Made by a program: the position numbers and the translations under genes. Source: Lama glama (taxonomy: Eukaryota). From it: a DNA stretch of 64,000 nucleotides. The stretch is from positions 56,978,001-57,042,000 of the forward strand of contig CM052817.1 in the NCBI GenBank assembly GCA_028534125.1. The letters are read 5' to 3'. Shown in pieces: positions 1-13,925 of the stretch (within the stretch, counting starts at the first letter, position 1; the number at the start of each line of letters is the position of its first letter). Below the pieces are notes generated by a model. The model made no database searches. It saw only the letters and a list, made by a program, of their open reading frames with translations, and was not told the origin of the DNA.

Positions 1-876
1 TTACCATTTTTATAAATATTACAGCTTCCGGGACTACAGTACTTAGACATAAAATAAGCAGCTGTGCCAGAAGGTGCTGCACTCAATCCTTTGAAACTTG
101 AGAGTCCCATCTTTTTAGCTAAGCCTTGAGTCTCTTGGAGCCAAATTAATACCTAAGAGGGATGTGCCACTAAATTGAGGATTTTGGTGGTGTTTTCCAG
201 TGTACCTCACTGCATGGAAATTTTCTTGAGGTTGATAAGTGACCTAATGTCTAACCCACTCTGTGACCAACTTAAGCAAAAGAGTAAAAGCTTTTAATTG
301 CTTGACCCATGCCCACCAACTTTGCAGCTTTGATTTCTGAGATTCCCACTAGCAATAGATCTATTCATCCTTTCACAAGATGATTTCTTTAGAATGGCAG
401 ATGCCCTGATGACTTATAATAGTCTGACTTAACGCCTACTTCGATTTTGATTTTGATGGTCAAAAAAGTCCCAGTTTCTTGTCTTCATTTATTTTCCCAA
501 GTCCCCCAGCAGTTTATGCTATGGACTTACCTTGAGGCTTTGTGAGTCCCTTAACAACTGCCACCTGTTATAGACTTCCAATACAACTACTCCAGACCTT
601 TCTGGGACCCCAGGACCCTTCTGGGAATTTTAATAAACCGTGGGACCTTTCCAGAACCCCAGAATCTTTCTGGGAAAAATATATATTTATAAATATTTTT
701 AATAAATTTTTTTTGGATCAGAGAACTGCATGCAAGGGAGCAGAGCTCAAATCCGAGTGTGACTTACCCATGGGCTTAGTAATGATGACAGGAACAGTAA
801 ATTCAAACAGCCTCTGCATCTTGTCCCATAGGTCATTAGCTGCCAGTTTCAGATTTCATTCCTCTTTGCCAAAAAC
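1..876 (-). mobile_element. Degenerate ERV1 internal (PBS/leader) remnant adjoining the LTR
   Basis: PBS-like TGG just after the LTR end. Minus-strand GGTAAGTC donor-like motifs at ~523-533 and ~761-769 and internal direct repeats are typical of ERV leaders. No intact ORF. Confidence 0.45.
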
Positions 877-1247
877 TGTTAAAAAATGTATTAAATAAAA
901 CAATTTAGGTGATGCAAACAAACTTTATTTAACACTTCATGAAGTCGACAATCTTAGAGAACTGCAAAACTGAGCAGAAGGCAAGAAACTTTCAAAGGGA
1001 CAAAAATAAAGAACAAAGAAGAGAAAAATAGAAAACATCTGATTGGCTGGGGCCACACAGTCAACCCTATTTGAGATGAAAAGGAACAAGGAAGTAAGTA
1101 TAGAGCCCAGAGTTGCTTTGAGTGTTTGGGGGTTGGCTGACTACAAGTTTACTGCATTTCTGGTCAAGCAAAGCATTTACAGGGACATGAAAGTTTTCTA
1201 AGTGGTGGTTTGCCATGTAAGGTAATGAAAAAATAACAATCTAAACA
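877..1247 (-). mobile_element. ERV1 (MER4/MER57-group-like) 5' LTR
   Basis: On the minus strand it runs TG(TTTAGA)...(TTAA)CA, with a CCAAT box (gattggct ~1041) and AATAAA (tttatt ~924). It is immediately followed by a PBS-like TTTTTGGCAAAG. Confidence 0.6.
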
Positions 1248-1709
1248 GATGATGGTTTCGGCTGCAGCAATACCATCCACTGGATGCATTCTATTTCAAA
1301 GTAATTCAATTTAGGAGATGTTTACTGAGCCTGCATTGTATGCAAGGCACACACTCCAGTGAAAGAATTCATTTTGAATCACAATACTTGAGACAAAATA
1401 TCACTTAATCTAACCCTTTATTTACAGATAAGGAAACAGAAACAAGTGAATTTAGTGATGTTTTGCAAGAGATCAGCCTTATTTACTAAAATTTGGTGGC
1501 AACACCAAAAAGAAAACTAGGCCAAGTGTTCTCATCACTATGCAAGCCTGCCAATATTTTTCACCCTTTCTGGGAAACCTTCCCTGACTGTTCATGTAAA
1601 TCTGGTCATTTATCCTTTGTGCCACAACTGGGCCAAGTATATAGATCTATCATTGTAATTAATCATAGTATTACAATTATTTACATCCATTCCCATTTAT
1701 CTGCTGCAG

Positions 1710-1945
1710 AAATTAAGAGTATGAGCACTGAAACTCCAATCCCAACTACTGACAAGCTGTATATTACCTGGAGGAAGTATCCTTTCCTCTCCACACTTCA
1801 GTTTCCCTAAGTGCAATAGTAGGGGAATATTTGTGCTCAACTCAGAGAGCTATTAATGATATTTAAATGAGAAAATCCATATAAAGCACAGTGCTTGTCA
1901 CACAGTAAGTGCTAAAACAAATAATTAGCTGTTGTTATTTTTATT
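1710..1945 (+). mobile_element. MIR SINE
   Basis: MIR core cttcagtttccc...aatgagaaaatccatataaagcac...cacagtaagtgct. Confidence 0.75.
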
Positions 1946-3989
1946 ATATTTGTTAGTATTTTTAAAAAGCATTCACTGAGTGCCAACAATATTTCTAGCA
2001 ACAGAGGTACTTTGGTTGTTCAATAAACAAAAAAATTTATTGAGTACCTAATATATCCCAAGTGCTATTTCCTAGCACTGGACTTTCAAATTTTCAAATT
2101 TTGTAAAATTACAAAAATTAGTAAAATACAGTCATCGGTATGATAATTATAATTGAAACTGATTCAAGTCATAATGGTAACACAAATGAAAGAGTGGCTA
2201 ATGCAGCTAGGGACGCAGTAGAAGGTGAAAACGAGCTTCACAGGGAAGGAGAAATTTACTGTAATACCTCACCTTTCTTCTTCATTTCTTTTTATTGTGC
2301 CAGGGAAAACTAGTATTTTCCCTATACCTCTGTAAAGGCTGGAGAGAAATCTGAGGCAAAGAAAAGTCACTTGGGCACAGCAGTACATGCTATCAGCTAA
2401 TGTATTCAAGTTTGGTAACAAAATACAGAGCAAGATGGGGCAAATTCAATTATTAACATAAGGTCAGGAATATTGTTTATATGGAAAAAAAGCCTAAGTC
2501 AGTAAACAAAAGAACATAAATTATATAGATGTGAGAGAATAATTTTCCTTATTTACAGGAGGGAATGAAATAAAACCCACTGTAAAGGCCCACCATTTTC
2601 CTTCCCTCTGCACATACATACTTCCATCTACAGATCAGAGAGCTTTCTTCTCTTATGTCCCAAATACTCCATCTCCCAGAGCCATTAGACAGTGCTACCA
2701 TAAGTATATCCTCCCTCAGCCATCTGAGTTACATTACTATAAAACATAACTCCTATTATTCACTAAAATTTTGTTACATCTGTATGTTCTTAACATCCCC
2801 AAAGTATAATTATGGCACTGAAAACAATAGTGGAAGTTATTCAAAATAACTATATGACAATATTAACATCAAACTAATCATCAATGATCACATCCAAACG
2901 TAAGTCACACAGAATTTTTATCCAAGATACTTGAACCTTGAACACTGGAAGAAAAAATCAGTGGCAGATTTTATATGTGTACCTGCTCAGTTGAAGGTGA
3001 CAAAATGCAATTAACTCCTTTTTATAGGCCAGTGTATTATTCCCATGATCATTACTTAGCTAAGCTACTTAAGGATAACTGTCCTTTAGAGGAAGGACTC
3101 TCTGATTCTCATTAACTAGATTTCTGACCCATAGAGGAGTGTTAGCATTTATTTTCAGGTGCTTTAACTTTTTTTTCAATTAAGCACTTCATCAAAAATT
3201 TTAAGTAGCAGTGTGATTTAATATTGTTTTGTCAAAGGTCCTTATTTAATAAATCTAACCAGACAATTGGCTTAAGTCCAAAAACTAAAGGTCAAACTTC
3301 TTGACGTAACTGTTCTTGAAAATTTTATAAAGACTGTAAGCTGAAATACTCTCTAAAGTAGTTTGCTTTGAAAGAAGTTCCACTTTGAAACACAGAAAAC
3401 CAAAATAACCAATAATCATTTTAGTCTGAGAGATAAGCAAATTAAAAAAAAAACAGTGGAAGTCATATATGCATGTCATAGAGATGGTTAATAATCCAAT
3501 GTTAAGGAGAACCATGATACAATACACATCAATTATCCTAGATAAAGAGTACTGTATTTGAGATAATCAAGTGGATTAATAAGGAATGACTTGCATTCAC
3601 ATACTCTGCTCCTTCAGAGAGAGTGTAACGATTTCAGTTTTGCTGAAACCCTCAATAAAGTGGCTTTAGGATTTATTAGCACAGTATCTTCAAAATAAAA
3701 AACACAGATTTGAAGCATGTTTCATATTTTTCCTAGAACTTAAAAGAACTGAATAAACTAAAATTCTGAATTTTTGTAGCTCTTCCATATTTACCTTAAA
3801 ATTTATCATCATTTGTAAACTTCAAATGTTATTACTTCAGGCAACTGAGTCCCCACACTCAGACCAAAGGAAAAGAATGTATGGTGGGGAAAGCATGAGG
3901 AGGAAAATGGTCTCTCGTGTACGCTCTTTAGAAATGAGAATGCTATGGTGCGAATTACTGCATTTTGCCTGTTTCCGCAGGTTTCCAGG

Positions 3990-4640
3990 TCTTAAGTAAG
4001 GAAGCTGCCAATAAATCCCTGGCAAAGCAGGAAGAAAAAGGTCAGAGGCACATTTGCAAAAGCCCAGAGGTGAGCAAGGGAGTGCCCTGTTCATGGACTG
4101 CCATGCTGTTCAGAATGCAGGAAGCGTCTGTTGAAACGAGGGCAGCAACCAGAGGTAAGGCTGAGAAGCCATGTGCATAAACAGCATCCTATGTTGCCTA
4201 AGGGGGTTGGACTTTATAACAAAGCAATTGGGAGCTATTTAAGAGGTTTCATTAGGGGAATAATACTATCAGCTCTGTGCTCTAGAAAGACCCCTCAGGC
4301 TGCAGTGCAGACAACAAGGTAGAAGGAGCAATACTGGAGGAAGAAAGACCAATTGGGAGGCAATCGCAGTAATCTAGGGAAAGATGAAGTTGTTATGAAC
4401 AAAGTTTATGATAGGATGGAGAGCAGCAGCTGGCTGTAAGAGATATTAGGGAGGTTGAAGCTGCCAGACTCTGTGATTGATTGGGCAACAATGAGGTTGA
4501 AGCACTAGAATGGCATGCAAGTTTCTCCCTCAGGCAACAGAATAAATAATGGTGCCTGAGTTTCCTTTGAAACATCCAGGGGTGCTATCCACTAAGCAGA
4601 GTGATATACAGGTCGAGAAATCATCAGAACGACCCAGGCT
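3990..4640 (-). mobile_element. L2 LINE fragment
   Basis: Purine-rich antisense L2 motifs (tctagaaagacccctcaggctgcagtg; agaccaattgggaggcaatcgcagtaatctagg). Confidence 0.7.
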
Positions 4641-4824
4641 GCAGATAACACCCCTGCAGAAGATGCACTTCTTCTACAATTCTATAGCAAGCTGCTTCTA
4701 TTTCTATCGTCGTATTAATCACATAATTGAAATTAAACGTTTACTCTCTGTCTACTCTACTATGCTGTCCATTCACTAAGACTGGGGATTATCCATATTC
4801 ATCTTTTTATCTCTAGTGCTCAAC

Positions 4825-5010
4825 AAGCAATTATAGAATATTTACCAGGCACTGTTCTATATGCACACAATTTTTTAATCCTCACAACAACCCTAAAAGG
4901 TAGCAGTCATTTTATCCCCATACTGTGGATAAGGAAACTGAGGCTGAGTAAGTAAATAAGGTTACTGAAGTCTTGCTGCTAGTAAAACAGACAGTGAACA
5001 CAGATTGTAG
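4825..5010 (-). mobile_element. MIR SINE
   Basis: tttaatcctcacaacaaccct...ttttatccccat...gataaggaaactgaggct. Confidence 0.8.
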
Positions 5011-5519
5011 GCTCTTAATATCTGTTTATATAAATAAGCTGACCTAAGAGCTGTATGGAAAATATGTTACCTAAAGACATGAAGAGGGGATAGGGAGCAC
5101 TGTCAGTGCTCGAAAGTCCCTGAAAGAGAAGAAAGGAGGTGATGGGGAAAGATGTCGGGTAAAACAGACACTCTAATGGTCTCTAATGTGACATCAGTCA
5201 GGACAGCTAGGTTGCTTGGGGTGACTCACTTGGCCCACTTAGCTACTACCTACAGGTTAAAGGAAACAAGTACTAGTTAGAGCTTCTCCACTCACGCCAG
5301 TGGGTAAGAGGTTTTGCCAGCTTTACCTATAGCAACCAGAGCGCTGTCCAGCACTCCCTGTTATTATTGGGAAGCTGTGATTCACTTGCCTATGTGTGTC
5401 CACTCCTTCCCCATCTTCTAGTTTTCTTTCAGTCACCTCAAATGAATTCCCTCTTCTGTGAGTGAAATACCAGGGATTTCAACTATCAGCCATTCCTAAA
5501 AATGACCAACCTTTCTTTT

Positions 5520-6135
5520 CCTGGTTATTTCTCCTCCCACCACCCCAAAACTTTATCTATTAGGTAATCAAGCCATCTTTCTAAAATACTAATCTAATCA
5601 CACTATTCCTTTAAATCTTTCAGTGGCTCATTATTACTCCTGGAACAAGGATCAAAGTCCTCAAAAAGGCCTATGAAACTCTGCATAATCTGGCCCCCAC
5701 CTGCCTCTTCCATCACATCACAGGCCACTCTGCCCTGGTTATAGGTACTTGAGCAGCACTGATTTGCCTCCACTTATCCAAATGCACAGTGGCCCCTCCA
5801 GCCACAGTGACTTTGCACATGCTGTTTCTGCTACCCAAGTGGCTCCCCAACCCTTTCTTATATAGTTAACTTCACCTCATCCTTCGGACACCAGTTAAAA
5901 TACTGCCTATTGTTAAAATCTTCTCTAGCCCACTTGACTAAGTCAAATTCCTCTCATAAGCCCCCAGATATTTTCCTTTACAACCATTTATAATTGTATG
6001 TTTATTTATAGGACACTGTATCTCTCTCTCTTTCTCCCACTGCTTTCTCTGTATGTTCCTTGAAGACAAAAGTAATTTTCTCATCCTTGTAACTATTACT
6101 GCCTAATAGAGGGTTTGGTGTATGGAAGGCCCTCA
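5520..6135 (+). mobile_element. L2 3' fragment
   Basis: aaatctttcagtggctc...aaagtcctc...aggcctat...ataatctggcccc...ctttgcacatgctgtt. Confidence 0.7.
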
Positions 6136-6228
6136 AAACCAAAGTCTGTCTGACTTCTGTTAAGTCTTCTTTCTTGGTCAGGTTTCTGGAATTTCACACG
6201 GGAAGGCCACACTAGTTATATCTCACAG

Positions 6229-6456
6229 CAAGGTTTCTCAAATTTGTCACTATAGACATTTTGGACTGGATAATTCTTTTTTGTTAGGGGGGCTGTCTTT
6301 GTGCATCATAGAATGTTTGGCAGCATTGCTGGCCTCTACCCACTATATGCCAGTGGCACTGATCCCCCAAGTTACGACAATCAAAATTGTTTCCAGTTAT
6401 TTCCAGCTGTCTCTTGGAGGGAGGCAGCAATCCAAATTATGCCAGGAGAACAACTG
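6229..6456 (-). mobile_element. MER20 hAT-Charlie MITE
   Basis: Reverse complement of MER20 consensus: ggtttctcaa...gacattttggactggataattcttt...ggcctctacccacta.atgccag. Confidence 0.85.
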
Positions 6457-6874
6457 TCTCAGGGGCTGAAGTGAGGGAGAAGGCAGAGAAAGGGACGATT
6501 CAACTCAGGAAAGATGGAATCCTCTTTCAGCAACTCTTGCTGTCCAGGCCATTCACAAATTGTAACTGATTATTTTCCCTAACCTCAAATCCTCTTGATC
6601 CTTTCTTCTAGATGCATTCATGTTTCCATTCTTCATGTGCCAAGCCTTTGACTTTACTCAATGTTTTTACTTTAATCTCAGAACAACTGTGTTCTTTTGC
6701 ACTGAATTTTGTACTGATCCAATGTCAATCTCTCTCTCTCTCTCTTTCTCTCTCCCCCTAGCTCTCATTCTCACTTCCCTTTTCCCTTTCACTCTGTTTT
6801 CCCCCTTCTTTCCCCCTCCAAGTTTCTGGTCACTAACATTACCTAGGGTCTTTTTGTTGAGTCTGCAATTCCCC

Positions 6875-7267
6875 ATATTAGCCTATGTCACATAATTGCT
6901 ACCTCAAAAACCATAAAAAACTCAGAATTTAAAAACAGCAATCATTTGTTCTCATGGATCAGAAGGTAAGCAGAGGGTTGACTGCTCTAGGCCCAGCTTC
7001 TCAGGAATCACTTGGCTCTGCTCCACTGTCTCTTGTCCTCCCGGAATTACAGAACTAAAACATGTTCTTCTTATGGCAGGGGTATGAGAAGCCCAATTGA
7101 GCAATTTCTTTTCAGGTCTTTGGTTATGCCATACCTACTCACATGCCATCAAGCAAAGTAAATCATGTGGGCAAACTTGCAAAAAGGCAAGAAGAAACTG
7201 CAGTCACATGGCAAAGCATGCCATTACAAAGAAAGAGAAGGAACTGGGACCCTTGTAATTTACAACA
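6875..7267 (-). mobile_element. MaLR LTR (MLT1H/I-like)
   Basis: aaaactcagaatttaaaaacagcaatcatt...aagtaaatcatgtgg...cagtcacatggcaaag...tacaaca. Confidence 0.55.
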
Positions 7268-8199
7268 TGCCTCATTTTAATTGTCATTATTTCTGATAAG
7301 TTTTTAAGAGCAGGCCTGCTTGTGTTGGCAAATGTGGTAATAAAATAATGGCCCAGTGTTCAGATATTAATTAAGCCTTACTTATTAATATTCAATGCAG
7401 GTGCTAAAGGCCTAACTATCAACTTTTGATTTATAAATAGGATGCATTTGTCCCCTGATACTGCTGTGTATTTTCATTCAATTTTCAGAATAGATAGTGC
7501 TTTACTCTTACACAAGAGGAGTAATTATCACTATTTTTTAAGCTTTGATTGCCCATTTTCCCTTCTCAAAGTAGTCACTTTCTACAAATGGGAAAATTAG
7601 GAATGGCCAGAATATATAACAATAATTAAACACATAAGGACCAGAATGTTTCACCTACAATGTTCTTTTATTAAATACAGCAGGTTTGCAATATATATGG
7701 CAATAAAAAGGAGCAGAAAATGACAAGAAAGCTCTTTTGAAAGACTGATAAGACACAGTTATGCCATATAATCATGTGTGTGACACAATGTGACACAAAA
7801 GTCCTATAAATAAACATACAATAAATATTAATTACACTAAGACCATTAAGATGAAATGGCTTATTTGTTTCCAGATTAGGCCCTTGTGCTATTGGGATTC
7901 TGGATTATCTAAGTTAAAATTTTCATTTGCTGTCCTGATTTTGAAGTTCGAAAAAACCAGCCGGTTAGGCCATTCCCAGTCTAGTGTTCTCAATGAGCTA
8001 TCTGTGTTACCAGGCATGCACCTGGTAACACAGATGCCCATCTGTCCAAGCAAGAACAATGGAAGATTTGAAATCAACAACCTGTGAGACACTGGCCCTC
8101 CTTGTGGATACCTGGTTTTTCTCAGGCTTCATCAAATTCATGAAGCTGTCCAAGCAATAGTCCTTCTCTATGGCAACCTAGAACTTTAAAGAGTTAATC

Positions 8200-8690
8200 C
8201 AGACACTTAAATCCTGCTTCCACAACGTCTCCACTTTCATATACCCCAAGCACATAAAATCAATGGTGTTCAAACCAAACTCATCATCTTCCCAGTAAAC
8301 TTGTTCATCCTTCTGTGTTTTCTATTTCAGTAGGTCTACCCACCATCCAGTGCTCAAAAGGACTATTTCTGAATGTTTCCTTTTCCTTTAACTCCCACCT
8401 ATATCCAAGATACTCCTAAAATACATTTGATTACATTTGCTAAATATTTCTTGATCACCCTTTTCTCTCCATCCCACTGCCATCATCTTAGCCCAAATCA
8501 CTATAAAATTTCACTGGAGAAGTTTAGTGCCTTCTACCTTGTCCCTTGCGTTAAATCTTGTCCACTCTCCATTCTTCAGGCTGAAGGGTATTGTTCAAAG
8601 GTAAATATGGGCATTGTTCTCCCTGGCTTAAAATCCCACAAAACCTTTCCGTTGCTCATGAATACCTACAGTTCAAAATCTTTCACCTAA
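8200..8690 (+). mobile_element. L2 fragment
   Basis: caaaccaaactcatcatcttcc...accaccatccag...cccactgccatcatcttagccca. Confidence 0.65.
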
Positions 8691-11024
8691 AATTTTGGCT
8701 TATTTCACAATGTAATTATGGTGACAATGAAATAAAGTGGTTTATTAAAGAAATTTATGGTGGCAGAAATGGCTTTATTGGTCCCCTCATCTCAATCAAA
8801 AGCTCACTATCCCAAGTTGTCCACCTCTTCTCAGAGGAAAGAGCTACTTTTCAAGGCTATCTTCCCAATAGGTGCTGACTGGCAGAAAAGGCTTTTGGAG
8901 TTCCCCAGGAGACTATAAGAGACAGATAATCAAATTCACCTCCTGTTACAGAACCTGACACATAATTGATAACCAATAAATATTTGTTTAATTAATTAAA
9001 AGTGCTGTAACCAAAATATTCTTTTTATTGTGGAAAAGGAAATTAAGGTAACTTAAAAGACTTCCCAAAGACTAGAGAGCTTTCAATTGGCTGAGCTAGG
9101 TATGCATCCTACTCTGTCTACAGGTCTCAGAAGAGCATCTGCAAGGTTCCGTGAATCTATACAAATATGCATTCTCCAGCCCCCCTTCTTTATGCCGCCC
9201 TGAAGAAAGATGGAAGTGAAATCAGCAAGACATCATGGAGCTAATAGCATCAGAAGTTAAGGAATACTGGAGGATTTAAAATGTAACTTCAAAGAAACAA
9301 AGTTATATTCCTATTTAATTCAACAAACTCTACTACAACCTGAGAATGCCGAGTTGAAGAAGACAATGGTCTGGACCCTCAAGAACTCATACTCTAGCAG
9401 AGAAGACAAGCATGTAAACAATTGACTATGATAAATATCATGAGGCATTAAGTAATATAATGAACAAATATACAACCCACACCTCCAGATCTTCCTACTG
9501 AGCTACACAGATGTATCCACCTATATGTCCCGTGGAGAAAAAAACTATGTGCAAAGTGAAAAATTACAGTCTTCCCTCCCACTCCTGTTTCTCTTCCTGT
9601 GGTTACTACCTTAGTGTAAGGCGGCACATCCACCCTGTAAAGCATTCTTGACATAACCTGTACTAAAAGTAGATCGACTCTTCCTAAAATTCAAACTGAT
9701 CACATTACTCATGAGAAAAAAAATCCTTCAGTGATTCCTCTTTACTTCAATATATATTCCAGCTCCTTAGAATCCTTTGGCTCTCCTTTTACCACCACTT
9801 GTCATGCACTAGTTAGTTCCATCCAATCACTCCCTTTGCCTCCTTTGCAGAGGTCTATTCAAGCCACACCATACAGCGATGCTGCCATCTGCTTATCTGT
9901 CAACTTCTTCAGTGCTGGAATACTGCTTGACAGATAATGTAGTCACAAAAATTATTTATTAGTTGGATGAATGAAGGAAGGAAGGAAAAAGTCAAAGTTT
10001 TAGGATCACTGTTTACTGACTATAAAGTCTTGAAGAAGGTCATCCCTTAACAGTCTTTGTCTTAGGCCCTTCAACTCTAAAGTGACAATTATACTCATCC
10101 CTCTAAGCCATTGTAAGAATTAAAGGAATTCATATGTATAAACGGACTTTGTAACAAATAAAGTACAGCACAGCATCAGTTATTTTAATTTTGTTATTTT
10201 ATAAGTTTATTCTATCATTTCAAGACTGGTAAAAAGAAATTTTCCAAGAATCTAAATTGCTTCTAAATCTATTTAGATTTAGATAGATTTAGATCTAAAT
10301 ACTTCCTTGAAAATATCTTATTGAATAAAATTTCAAGACATAAAGTTGTAAGTGGCAATGTCATCAGTATCCTTAATTATGAAGGTGTAAGAAGTGGATG
10401 AATTGTCAAGGTTATAAGAGCCAATTTCTCTCCACTCCACCACTCTATTTACATATTAGAGCTCTCATGTACTTGCAGTTTGGTAGGGGAGAGAAGTGGA
10501 AAATGATACAAGGCATTATAACAAAGTCCACTTTTAAATAATTATAACTTAAGTTAATTACATTGACATTTCTCAGCAAGGATTAAGTAAATCAGAAGGG
10601 GGAGAAAAGGCGTATGAGAAAATAAAAAGCAAGGGCTGAACTACAAGAGCATCTCTTTTGTCTTTCATTCAGGAGTGTAATTAAATTAAGTAGGATTGAT
10701 TGAGTGTCAGACATCTGTGGGAGTCATTTCCTAACTTCATTAATGCTATTGTGCCTGAAGAAGCCTCAGTGGTAATTTCTCTCACAAGTATCTAATGAGA
10801 GTCTAGTGATGTGATATGAAAGCATTACACCAAACCGCTGTGCCCTACGCCACTGCCTGTCTGTATGTGAGGAATTTATTAGAAATGCTGGCCTAGTAAC
10901 AGCAAAGCTACATTATCCACCTCAGCAGTGGTAGTGGGACAGCAGGCAGCAGCAAGCTGAGGTAATGGAGTCATAAAGTTGAGAGTTTAGACAGCAAGCA
11001 TAACAGAATAAAAACAGGACGGCT

Positions 11025-11164
11025 NNNNNNNNNNNNNNNNNNNNNNNNNNNNNNNNNNNNNNNNNNNNNNNNNNNNNNNNNNNNNNNNNNNNNNNNNNNN
11101 NNNNNNNNNNNNNNNNNNNNNNNNNNNNNNNNNNNNNNNNNNNNNNNNNNNNNNNNNNNNNNNN
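11025..11164. other. Assembly gap (140 N)
   Basis: Run of n. Confidence 1.
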
Positions 11165-11473
11165 TCTGGGTTTGCAAGGTAAACTAGGGAGAGGGAATTA
11201 ATTGGAAGGAAAAAAAAAATATATATATATATATACACTAGCCAGCTTAGTTCATTATTATAGGCATTGCTGATTGTACAGAGAGCCCTAGCAGAATGGC
11301 ACTGGGCAAAAACATTATGAAAGATCTATAATTCCTTCCTTGTGTAAAATTATGATTTTAAAAAGTTGTAATACTGTTATGGTTAAAAAGTAATTAAATG
11401 AAGATAAATGTAAAGTTAGTTCTGTTTTATTCATTTTATCACTGTGATTAGAAGTTACCAGCTTCCAAGCTTT

Positions 11474-11960
11474 ATTCATTCATTCATTCATTCATTCATT
11501 CATCAATTAATGAGTATTTACTACGTATTGGGAGTTCTGGCCAGCTCTAAAGATGCCAAGTTGCATACGAACAGTCTCTGTCTTTAAGGAGCTTTTAATC
11601 TGATGCAGAAAACTTACAAGTAATCAAATCATCAAAATAAAAGTTTAAGCATAAAAATAGCTAAGCAATGGGTCCTATGGGAACACAGAGGGCATAGCAC
11701 TCGGCAGGGCTCAGAATACTGAAAAGTGAATAGAAATCAGGTTGATTTAGGATGTCAATATAGATGAAGGAAAGGATGGCAGTTTGAGCAAGCCACGTTT
11801 ACAAAGATACCCAGGTGTGAAATGAAAAGATAAGTTTAAGGAAGGGCTAGGAAAAGAAGACCAATGTGAGGAAGCCAAGCTGTAGAGCCCAGGCTTTGAA
11901 CTGCGATGTGAGGCTAAGATTTTATTCTGCATGTAGGCCGTGGGAACCATTGAGGGTGCT
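11474..11960 (-). mobile_element. L2 3' end with (TTCA)n tail
   Basis: (attc)7 at 11474-11503, the antisense L2 terminal repeat, followed by gagtatttacta...ctctgtctttaaggagctt. Confidence 0.75.
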
Positions 11961-12789
11961 TGTGTAGAGGTGTGCTCATGCATTACTGCCACACACACAA
12001 TATTTAAATCAAACTTTCCAGTGCTGGATTCTGCATTCCCTTTAATTCAGTGGAGTCTTGTTGAGAAAACTAAGTGTGGAAGACAGTATATAATTTACAC
12101 AACTAATATCTGATTGCACATGATGCCCATCTCTCAAAATATCATGTGCCCTGTGGCAAGGTAGTCCATATTTGACAGGACTAAGACTGGAAATATCAAT
12201 TTCACTGAATCCTCAGAAATCTATAGGCACTAAATCCCACTCAAAACTTCTTTGTAATATAATGATATATGGTACTGAAATGAACACAGATACTCTGAAG
12301 TTTTATGAAGTTGTCCTCATGTAACATTTTACCCTACTTATAAATGGGAGGTTTTAACCAGTCAAGAGGGATACTGTAATCTGAAATTAATTCATACTCA
12401 AAAATTAGCCAAAAAGAAATTATTAATCATATTAATATTGTGAAAAGCACCTTGGGAATGCAGAATACTTCACAGTGGGAATACTAATTCTGCTGAAGGG
12501 ACAATGTTTAGGTCTCTGGTAACTGCTGTATGCCAAGCTTTCACTGTAAGTAGCTCTTAGCATCTGGAGACTCGATGTGAGCTATGATGTAACCAACCCC
12601 AGTAATTAATAATCCATTTTGTAATAGGGCTCTTCTGGGAGGATCTGTCTTAGCATAGTTGCTCAGCAAAATTTACTATCTGAGAAAACTAACAAATGGT
12701 CAGCTTAACCAGACTGTGAGCATGTTAAGGATAGAAATCACCACATTCATCTTTGTCTGGCTTGATAGAGGCTTAGCAAATACATCAGA

Positions 12790-13130
12790 GTGTTATCACT
12801 TTGATATCATTATCATCCCCATTGATTTTATCGTCTGCATTGCAGGAGGGGGATGAGGGATATTAGGACTATATTTCCCAGGATTCCTTTCCCCATGTTG
12901 TTCTAGGCTACAATCTGCCTAGATTTGCATCTATCTTGGGAAACTAAGGAGAAGCAAGGGAACTTGAGAATCTTCTAGTCAAATGTATACCTCAGGAGCA
13001 GTAGCTTCCCTATGTCTTATGCCACCAGCCCATCCAACAATTGTGAAAGTCTCTATTTTCCTGTATTAAAATCTTTCCCACTTGGAACATTTTAAATGGC
13101 TTCTGATTCCTCATCTCAGTGTGACTGGAA
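12790..13130 (+). mobile_element. ERVL-type LTR fragment (LTR33/LTR40-like)
   Basis: ggactatatttcccaggattccttt...cctgtattaaaatctttcccacttgga...tgactggaat. Confidence 0.45.
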
Positions 13131-13865
13131 TGAGTATTTTAGTGAAAAGAAGAGAAGAAGACAGGAAACAAAGAAGGAAGGAGGAACAAGGGAAAGAGAA
13201 AGAAAGGAAGAGAGGTACCAAATCGCCTCCTTGGTTGTACACAGTTAAACAGAGCCAGGGGTATGCCTCATTAATTCTGCATGCACTCTACCTCCTCTGG
13301 AGAGCAGTGTGAGTTCTTCTGCACTGTGGAAATATTAAAATGTCAGGAAGTGTAACTCAAAGCCAGTCTTTCTCAACATCCATGGGTGCCAATAATTCAA
13401 ATCATGCAAGATAGGCATCACAAGAAATCGTTACTAATTCTCTAAATTAGAAAATGTGAACTTGTTGGCAGATGAATAATTAGAGCTGACAGAATAACTG
13501 AGCCACTCAGAGGAAAGACTGGTAGAACAGTGAGAACATCTAGGTAATCACACAAGGAACTTAGGGGAAACGGAATGGATCAGTCAAAAACAAACAGAAA
13601 TTATTTGTGCTTTTTAAGTTTTTTTGTTGAAAAAGAAAAGGTGCTACAAGTCAGCAAACTAAAGCAATGAGGCCTCTGTGAATCAAATTCCCTAACTTCT
13701 CTGTTTCACTATTCATAAGCCAAATGTTAGGGGAATAAAAAGCAGAATATGTTTGCGCCATATGTTAAAGGTGTTAAACATACGGATTTTGACATATTTA
13801 AATCTGAACTAAAACAATTACTGCTTACAATACATCCAATTTTTGGAACTACTGAATTCAGTATG

Positions 13866-13866
<1 letters not shown>

Positions 13867-13925
<59 letters not shown>

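Noticed and set aside
12498-12512. 15-mer gggacaatgtttagg repeated at 39993-40007
   Set aside because: A few 15-mer matches are expected by chance in 64 kb, and the flanks do not align.
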